From Asterias rubens (lineage: Eukaryota), in the NCBI RefSeq assembly GCF_902459465.1, contig NC_047062.1, positions 23,312,001 to 23,376,000 of the forward strand: a DNA stretch of 64,000 bases. Reading direction: 5' to 3'. Position 1 is the first letter of the stretch. Each line of letters opens with the position of its first letter. The notes below the pieces were generated by a model. It saw nothing but the letters and a program-made list of their open reading frames with translations, ran no database searches and had not been told where the DNA came from. Below, one piece after another: positions 38,473 through 64,000 of this stretch. The translations under genes and the position numbers were made by a program.

Positions 38473-41400
38473 AGAAAACACTGCGTACTACTTGTTTAAT
38501 TCCCTATCCCTTCCCCCTCCCCCCTTCTCAGATGATTTGGAAATTGCGGTCTGCCTCCACATAAGCTGGAAAGAGCTAGATATATTTTCATTCTTTGATT
38601 GCAGAAACAACTCTTTCCTTCTGAAATTAGAAAAAAGCATAAAGAGGATTTCTCACTCTCATTTGTGGGGGCATCCTGCACTTTGATTGTAAATTTGAGG
38701 ATAGATTACTTGTGTACTAAAGAAACATTTTGAATGATAAAATGATTGACAGTTTATAATCTAAAAGCATGATATTCTTCCTACTGTAGTCTGATTACCG
38801 ATTTAGCTCAAATATAGCTGAACATAAATTGGCAATAACCATGATATAAACAAAGATTTAGTGGAAGATAAAGATAGTATTTTTTAGAGATAGTACTTGT
38901 TGATTCTGCTTGAAGTGGTGTTAGGTCAACTCTTGAGAGAAAATGTTTATTGCTTTTCATGGCCAGGCATTCAATCCAATTCAAAGTAGCATTTAGTTTC
39001 ATGAAGAAGACACATTGTGTTTGATAATGCAGTTTAAAAAATCAGGGGTATGTTAAGAAGCAGCCTGTATACAGAACAACAAGAACTAACGACGAAAACC
39101 CAGCAAAACAAAGTTAACCAACCAAACTAAACTGACGCTGGGAATAACATAGTTCAGATACCTGCACAAAGAAAATCACTTCCCTCATAATCTGTGTGAT
39201 GAGTGTAAACTATTGACACAAAAAATAAACTTGATATTTCCGTTCCGATGAAGGTGCTGGTATGCTTGTCTTCATAATATCAATTGATGTGTATTTTAAT
39301 GTATATCAAATGACCTGGTTTATATTTTGCACAGAACCGGGAAATAATAGACCATGGAGAATGCTTGGTCCCATCAATAGCTGTGCACGTTCAGTGTATG
39401 CAAATATGAGGAAACTACAAATAAATATTTTGTATTTATCCACACCATGCAAAGCTTAAATCAATACTTATTTTGGCAAATTCAGTTCTCCCACCATGCA
39501 GACATGACCAACAAATGAGCTCTGCATTCTCTGTGTTTGATTTCTATGGTTCAAGACTTAATGTAATGCTAAAAGTATTATAATGTTCAAATCATCCTAA
39601 AGTTAAAAGTCAACCTCCCCCACCCCTCCCATGTGTTTTCTTACAGTTGTGAACACCATTTGCAGCTTCCTTCCCCACATATCAATGTTTTTTTCTTTTT
39701 CTCTTTTGGGTTATGTCAGTAATGGTGAACGTTTAACTCATCATAATGTCAAGAATGTGACATTTGAGACAACTCAAAAGAAGAAAAGAAAAAACTGATT
39801 TGTATTTTTTTTCTATTTCCTTTGTGGAAAAACTCATGAAAATGTCTCCGATCATCTGAGCAATAATATCCCTTATTAGCATAGGTCAGAAGTGACTTAA
39901 AATGATTTGGTTCCATGGTTGAGATATTAACATTCAAAGAATTATTTTAGTTTTGATTGATGACCATTTGATGTGTACTCTGCAAAGATTGATTTATTGA
40001 TTTGTTAGCTCAGTGACTAATTGATTGGCTGATTATACTCTATTGCTAGGTGGTAGATTTTCAAAGTACCTGTTCTCTGTTGTGTGCTCAAACTCAACAA
40101 GTCAGGCTATGTATGACTTCATCACTGCGGATGTACCTCATCCATGATCTCTTGACAGTGCATCAACTGGGCCATCATCATATTCTCTCTTTAATCATCG
40201 TCAAGCTCTTTCAACATTAAGGGAAAGAATTATTGCACACACAACTCTCCCTGATTCTGCAGGAAGTTCATTGAAAATAAACCAATCTGTCCATGTTCTG
40301 AGGAACAGATTTGACGATCTCCCTGATTATGGAAATTGTGTCCATTTTATGTTGAATGTAATTCTAAATATCTACCTGATTGTTGTAAAAAGTCTCCCAG
40401 ATTGCAAGATACTACGCTAGCTCTATGGTACTACTTGTAATGGCCTAACCCTCACCCATTCTTGTAAGGGCAATTCCTTTTGGTGAAGGGCACTCAACAA
40501 GGAAATTGACATTTGTACTGGAACATTTCATGGGGCACCAAGGGGGCATGGAGGCAGTTGGCAATGTAATTGTTCAATTTTCATACAATATAATTCAAGT
40601 ACATAATTACATTGAAACATTGAGTTTTATATTTAACTTTTATTTAGAAGTTTTATTTAATTTGTTAAGGTCCTTGTTGTCGTATCTCAAGGCATTGAAA
40701 AAAAACCGATGTAACAATTTAGAGAGCAAAACAAAAAATAGCACTTCCTTAAGAGATGTAATCAATATATTTGTGAATTAATTTGTTTATAAAACTTAAC
40801 TATGTCAATTGTGTGCAGTGAAAAGATGCTAATAAAAGTAATAAAATTACTTTAGAAGAATTTCATGTTTGTTGTGTCTTATTTATGTGTTTATGTAATT
40901 GGTTGTTCAAATTTTGAAATAATTCAAACAATATTTACAAGTCACTTGAAGTAGTGAAATGATGTGATCTGGGGAATTTGATAAATTCTACTCTTTTCTG
41001 CGAAAATATTGAACATTTCCACAGGGGAATGGTTTTGGGGATGGGGGATTCCCCATCCAGGTTTTTCTTGTTTAAAAAGTTTGTTTCTAGTTTGAAAAAC
41101 ACAATTTTTCATGTACCAGCGGTTTGATAATCTGACAGTACGATGGCATTGACTATTTCATTATGAACACAATTACCTTAAAAATGAAGCAATGTAGTGA
41201 TATATGAACATTCTCTTATTTTAAAACAATTAATTTAGTGAAACAAAAAGTACGATTAATTGTTATGGCCTTTTATTTTATGAGAAAAGGCCATGTTAAA
41301 TTAATCGTGTTCTATAGAAAAAATGCTTAATAATAACCGAATGCATTAGTAAAAATAAAATAATATATATTTGGGATTGAATATAATTATAACCGTACCA

Positions 41401-42037
41401 GTATATTTTGGTTTTCCAGCATTATTGTTGTCTTTTGGCAAAAGTGACGTAATCATAATTTTTGGACGAGCACAAGATGTATGGTACCTAGTATTCATTG
41501 GTGGTTTGAAACGACAGAATATTCAACGAAGTAATGGTACCATACTAAACAACATCAAAGGCGGGGGGTTGTCGAGTCGTGAACGTGTCAAAATATTGTT
41601 CCGAATCTACGCTGTTTACAACAAAAATAGTAAGTTAAATTTTAATTACTGTACTAATTCTAAGCCCTAACATTAAAACTGCTTAATTTCGCACTCAGTT
41701 GTTTCAGCGATTGAGCTACTAACTAATTTAACAATAAATGCATGCATGTAGCGCAAATGGGCAGTGTATGTAGTGAAAGTGTGATCACTCGCCGCACGTA
41801 CACCACTACAGTACAAATTACAATAAATATCCTTTAGAAAGTGTCCGTTTCCTGCCACCTCGTTTTCATTCTTTATGAACAAAATTGTTATCTTTTTGTT
41901 CAAATGATATTTTATATTGTAACATTTCTTTAGTTTTATTTGTAAAAACATGGGTTGGAAATAAGAAGTAGTGTCAGAATGTGGAAATCTTTTCCTTTTT
42001 TTAAATTTTTTTAAATTTTTTAAATGGTGACAGGATA

Positions 42038-42190
42038 TAGACCTTATGCACATGACGTCATTTCAGTATGGCGCCCCCGCATTGAGGTCAAAAGGAGGTT
42101 GTTCATTGGCCAATCTATGTGCGTTTCGATTATTTCGTCACCGTTTGACCTCAAAGATGGCGGCTGGATGACGTCAATGCATAAGGTCTA
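42038..42190. mobile_element. TA-flanked MITE (related copy 43584-43740; similar-style elements at about 16148-16314 and 28039-28245)
   Basis: TAGACCTTATGCA...TGCATAAGGTCTA TIRs. The 28039 element has TAGACGATGTGACCT/AGGTCACATCGTCTA; the 16148 element has about 40-bp TIRs tgacgtcaccattctaacccaaaa. Confidence 0.7.
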
Positions 42191-42590
42191 TTGGAAGTTT
42201 TTTCGAAAAAGTTTCCGTATGGCGCCACCACTTTTTCATTTCATATGAAATAATATAGTATCTAATTTACCTCAATGAGATATCCCTTTTTGTAACAAAG
42301 AGTGAAAAAGTGGTGGCGCCATACGGAAAGTTATCCGTTTTTCCTAATATGTATTCTGAATCTGTATTATATAGTCGTCAAAGCATTCTATTATAATGGA
42401 GACATCACACTGAGTTTAGACATTTGACTCTTTGAGGAAAACCCATCATTCAATGTTCATGCCATGCAGTCAGGTAGGGACTGAAAAAAACCAATCGACA
42501 TACAAAGTTCCGATCCAAGAATCAAACCAGGGTCTCAGAGGTGAAAGGCAGGGACAGACACCACTGAGCTGAGCAAACCATCAGAAGTCC

Positions 42591-42792
42591 TAATTGCAAA
42601 AACGTAACCCTCCTCCAGAGGGCGAAGCTGGAGGGTTACTAAGTATGGTTACGAGGTATTACGGGTGGTAAAAATTGAGCGAATCTGTTGACTAGCTGGC
42701 GAAATTGTACATGTTGGACCGAATTCCTGTTTTGCGGTCGAGCATACCTCGTCACCCTCCTGCTTCGATGTCGGGTTACGTTATCGCAACTA
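42591..42792. mobile_element. Short (202 bp) relative of the foldback element
   Basis: CAGAAGTCC|TAATTGCAAAAACGTAACCCTCC...GGGTTACGTTATCGCAACTA|TAGAAGTCC: same termini, 9-bp TSD with one mismatch. Confidence 0.75.
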
Positions 42793-45700
42793 TAGAAGTC
42801 CTAGCAAAATTCTAGTATATGAGAAAACACATCGGGTTTTCTGACAATAAATTCTCATTTTCGTGCATCAAAACAAAGCTAAAATTCCATGAAACTGTGC
42901 TCCTACACAGTAGGCCCCTACTTGTACTAACTGCAGACCACGCTGCCGATGTTCTTCACGTGCAGACAAGCGGCAACAATAATGTCATGTAGTATGGCCA
43001 ATTGCAATTTGGAGGGAATAACTTTGTTCCTGCATGCCCAGACACGTCAAGCCTTTGGTCAATGCGCTTGTAACTGGCTTTGTATGCTATTGTGTAGGCC
43101 CTTCTCAATATTTCACCAATAGAGGGCGTTTACTCTAGCAAATTTTCATTGCTCTGAAATGCCCTCCAGCATTAAATGTTTCTGACATTTATTTAATAGA
43201 ACAAAGACTACAAGTCTGTAAATTGGAGAACATAGTGGCCAGGTCTGTGTTTCGCTGCATTTTCCGCTACATTCGCGATCACAAAATTAGCTTCCACTAA
43301 ATTCGGGCGAGTGATAGCCCTGTTGGTACACGATTATTATCCCTGTCACTGGTTCATCATCACAGTGTCTCAGCCCTCCTATCAGGTTCCCGTTTCTAAT
43401 ACTTCCTGGTGAAGAGAATCATTTATGGTAAAAGTGCCTTACTCAAGGACATGAGCTGGGACATGACAAGACAATAAAAAATATGATAATTAGCCATGCT
43501 AATTGTACAATTGTGCAAACAAAAATGTGTGTTCATGCTTTACTGTACATTTTGCTCCCAAGAAATTCTAAATGTTACTTAGATAGACCTTATTGGCCAT
43601 CTTAGACGAAGAGCGGTGACGAAACAATTGAAACGCACAGATTTGTACGCGCGGCGCACAGTAATGGCCAGTGAACAACCTCCTTTTGACCTGTAGGTGA
43701 GGGCACCCTACTGAAATGACGACATTTGCATTAAGGTCTATTGTTGCATACCACACTAAATGAACTCCCATGTTGCAACCAACTCCTTCTAAATGGTACA
43801 TTTTCAAAAATACCCAACAATTATTTAAAGCCTCTCAGCCTTTTGAAAACCAATCAAACTTATTTTCGGACAATTAAAATTGTTGGCAGGCTGTTGGGAA
43901 TTTTGCTCAGTACCCTAGAAACCCCCCCCCCCCCCAAATTGGTTTTATTTTTTCCAAACCAATTTGCTGTCAGTTTCCATGAGGGAATTACCCACTTCCC
44001 AAGCCAAATTGGACCAATTTTAAAGCCTAATTTTATCCAGTCTCCTCAAAAGATGAAGCATAGAACTTAACTACTAGGTTCAGATAATTGTTATTTTAAC
44101 ACAAATGATCAATTGCATCATGACCCCAAAAAACATTATTAGGCCTTTTCATAGGATTTTAAAAACTGGTAATTATTCTGGTGCATAACTTTTGGTCTAA
44201 ATTTGAGTGTGGCGCACCAAGATAAACATCCAAAGAAGCTAAATGCTGCCCTCTAAAGTTGAGTTGAGATTAATGAAAGATCTAGCAGTACAGTTTTATG
44301 TAGGTTTGAATGTTGACATGCCAGGCAAGTGACTCATTGTTATAGCTGTGTAAGATATGTGATAAACCTGATAGGGTTGTTTAAATCATACACACTTTGA
44401 AGGGGTGATGATAATCTGACAGTTTTGTAAAAAGAAGAAGACAGAATTCCTTAATCCTCCAAAAGGTCAGAGAAGCTTCCATCAATGATGAAATAGTAAC
44501 ATGCCTCTGAGATAAAACAGGGTTCTGTATAACCATGCATTTAAGCTAGCGTATTGGGCCGATACAAGTGAATTGTGGGCTTATTACTGATACTAAAAAA
44601 AATGTTTTTATCTTAGATCAGTTTTGTTTTTTTAATCTCACAGATAACCAATTAATATGCCCCTGGTTTCACAGTAGGGCTTTTAAAACTAAACATAAAC
44701 ACCTATTGAACATTCCGAGGACCTTTTTCATATTCAGAATGCTGAGAAAAATTTCTCTTGAAAAACCCTCTGGAGAACCCTGCTCATAGAGAATCCTGAA
44801 AAAATACGGAAATAAGTGATTGGCATCAACATATATAAATAAACCCAATGATTGATCATCATAATCATTAGCCAGGAATTCCTCTGATGCATTAAGCTAA
44901 GAAATTTTTACCAAGGAAATTACACTCTCCTAGGCATACTACTAGACACATCTTCTCATTATCATGCCAGACATGTCTCCAAGGCAACTGCCAATAATAA
45001 ACCCTATGTCTGCAACTCTGCATATATGGAGGACTACTGTACATTTTCAAATCTCGCTTGTGCTGGATTTACACAAAACATTTTCAGAAGAAGCCCTTAA
45101 CTTTTGTAGTGACCGGCCAGAGGGACCAGCCAGCTTGTGTATTTTACTAGTCTTGTCAGTTTTTTCCCAAGTCCATGCTATGTTAAATATGTGAAGGGAT
45201 GATTTTTAACTTGGAACTAGCCAGCCAGAATACTCGGAGTGAAGTTTGATTAGGTTTGATCCGGGTGTTTAAGCTGGCATTTGGCCAGCAGTCAGCAGAC
45301 CAGTGTTAAGGAGAGCTCTGCTGGAATATAAACTGTGACTCCCTAACAATAAGTAATGATTCAAACATTTGAGTTGACGTGTTTTAAAAAAGGGCTGTGT
45401 CAAAACACACCCAGCTTTTTGTATCCAGAACACACTTTCAGACCTAAAAAGGGCTTTCTTTGTGGAAGAGCTTTAAAACTGTCTTATAGCTTGTTAACAA
45501 TGTTACGGTCAAATTTGAATTGTAAAAATTAAGCCATAATAATTTTTAACTGATTACCCCCCGAAAGAATTTGACTTGCTGTAAAGTTTCCAAAGCAACC
45601 AAGGTTGTGCTAGCCCGAGAATTTTCCCTGAAGTCAGTAATCAGTATTCTCATAAGACTTCTCTCATGTCTCCCATCAATTACAGCATGTGTCACATTTC

Positions 45701-46657
45701 ACACTGTTTGATAATACAGTCTGGACGTGCAGCCAAATTTGTACACATGTTTCCTTGATGGCAAGACTAATGATTCGTAGTCTGGAGCCCTACTGATGGA
45801 GCACACAATCACTGTCCCACATTGTAGATTCCTTTAAGCATTTTATAGTACATTCTACCATAGAGGTCCTTGCTCTATGATTCTACAGTCTTGGAATGTG
45901 AATTTGCGATTGTTTTTCGATCGTCTTTTTTATTGTTCATGAATTAAGATGAATACCAGTAGATTCAGAGGTAGCTTTTGGCTACTTGTAAGCTTGCTTC
46001 TTCTGCATGGATTGTAACTTGTAATGTAGAAGATAACGCAGCACTTTGATTGCGGAGACACTAGTATTACTAGTCCCATTGGGCTATAAAATCATGATAA
46101 AAGTTACTCCCAAAAGCCAAAATTGACTTTACACCAGGGCAATGTACACTCACTGTACTTTAGAGTTCTTGTGTACACATTTACTTACCCTGGAAACAGG
46201 TGTGATTACTGCCTTGTAATTGTTATGACGGTATGTATTGGGATTATGCAGAGTGATACTACAGTACACAGTACAGGCAGCATGTTCAGTGGAGAGACTA
46301 GTGCATGATCTCTTCTTACCGTGCTCATTTGGGCTTAATAATAATCCACTGCCAACTTCCTCCCACTGCATGCTTGCTGTTCAATGAACACTTTTGAGAG
46401 TGAGGAGAGACACTTGTGTGATGATGTGGCGCTGTCGGTGCTGATGTGTCCACGTGTAGTACGTGTGTGTTTTGCCTGCTCTGACACTCGCCTCGCTATA
46501 CAACAAGCTGTCAACCTAAGCTACACTGCATTGTGTTGAAACTGAGGAGCTTTTGTCTCTAGATGTGAAACAATTGAATGATTCTTATTGATTCATACAC
46601 GTTGCATTTATGCATTGTTTGTGAAGTGAACAGTATTAAAACTCTGCTGAATACAAA

Positions 46658-62939
<16,282 letters not shown>

Positions 62940-62986
62940 TAAGCTATCCAACCCTATGTTGGCAGTCTCCCTATTTTGTCAATATT

Positions 62987-63480
62987 TTAAAGGCACTGGG
63001 GTCGATTTCACAAAGAGTTAGGACTAGTCCTAACTTAGGACTAGTCCTAGGAGATATACAAATTGCATGGATAGTCCTAAGTTAGGACGAGTAACTGGTC
63101 CTAACTCAAGATAAGACTAGTCCTTACTCTTTGTGAAATCCACCCCTGGACATGTTTGGGTATTGTCAAAGACCAGTTTTCTCACTTGGTGTATCCCAAC
63201 AAATGCATAAAATAACAAACCTGTGAAAGTTTGGGCTCAATTTGTCTTCGATTTTGCAAGAGAATAATGACAGAAAAACCACCCTTGTTGCAAAAAATGT
63301 GTGGCATTTATTAGGCATCTGAGTGAGAAACTACCTCTTTTTTAAAAACTATGTTACTTCAGAGGAAACCGATGCTCACAATTTTTTTATAGTATTAACA
63401 GCTCTTCATTGCTCAGTACCAAGTCAGTTTTTATGCTAACAATTATTTTGAGGTATTACCAATATTGTCCAGTGCTTTGT
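62987..63480 (+). mobile_element. Diverged Kolobok-like MITE family A interrupted by a Harbinger-like MITE
   Basis: ttaaaggcactg[insert]gacatgtttggg...accaatattgtccagtgcttt. Confidence 0.8.
62999..63145. mobile_element. Harbinger/PIF-like MITE family 1 (CTG TSD)
   Basis: CTG|GGGTCGATTTCACAAAGAG...CTCTTTGTGAAATCCACCC|CTG. Confidence 0.85.
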
Positions 63481-64000
63481 ATTGGAATTTTGCAGAGGGC
63501 ACCACAGTAAAAGCAGAGAGCACCATGACAATTGCTATTGGTGCTGTGGGTTATTTCAAGGCCTAGTGTTAAGCCATGAAACAACACAAGTCGGTTAATG
63601 TAAAAGCCAAACATAATGAACAATCAAGTTGAGATCTTTCAGTAAAGCGAGAAGGCAGCTGCCATTTTTTAATTACAAACTATCTCATCCCCTTTTGAAC
63701 AATACAAAACACATGTTACCTGTCAGTGAGCAATTATGTTGTTTGTGTAACTTGTGTGTACCAAATGAAGGTAACGGCTTTTGTAAACATGAGCCTAGCT
63801 GAAGACAAGCAATGGATTATCCCCTTTTCCTTTCATTATGGTTTTTGTTTCAAACTAAATGGAACTCTCCAGTTGTTTTGGCCTTAGAGCCTGCACCATG
63901 TCCAAAATAAATCTACTAAATTGTATCTCAACCCCCAATACCCATATATTTGGATAAAATTACATGCCATAGTCCCTAAATTTGTGGCGTTGGGGTAAGG

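Noticed and set aside
44430-44800. Minus-strand acceptor-like sites followed by short peptides (for example ACYYFIIDGSFSDLLED*)
   Set aside because: I found no consistent exon chain or homology, so I treated them as intergenic.
46451-46467. CACGTG-N5-CGTGTG as a carbohydrate-response element upstream of UGP2
   Set aside because: The second half-site is a poor match, and short motifs like this cannot be supported without conservation data.

Overview
AT-rich, intron-rich animal genomic DNA, probably an echinoderm such as a sea star (inferred from gene structure and repeat style, not proven). There are no prokaryotic operon or CRISPR features, and most entries in the supplied ORF track are noise or exon fragments. 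I reconstructed six spliced genes by hand, with splice sites and reading phase checked at every junction. (1) SELENON (+, 9 coding exons, 2113-9825) has an in-frame Sec UGA at 7019, an SRE hairpin and a candidate SECIS at 11723-11799. (2) An unnamed 3-exon secreted protein (-, 15757-13440) has a Cys-containing N-domain and a Methyltransf_FA-like domain. (3) AP4M1 (+, 13 exons, 17446-26860); intron 1 looks U12-type and contains a 901-bp foldback element with a 9-bp TSD. (4) COX20 (-, 31750-29297) is head-to-head with (5) MDH1 (+, 32227-38451). (6) UGP2 (+, from 46658) runs off the window at a second U12-type donor. The most notable signal is a leaky UGA-C stop in MDH1 followed by an in-frame 7-codon extension ending in the peroxisomal targeting tripeptide SQL. 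Also notable are MDH1-UGP2 adjacency as in human, a candidate alternative first exon of UGP2, and a 5S-derived element. Introns and UTRs are full of MITEs (Kolobok-, piggyBac-, Harbinger- and Mutator-like), tRNA-SINEs, L2/CR1 LINE ends and tandem arrays. Superfamily assignments rest on termini and TSDs only; no database search was possible.
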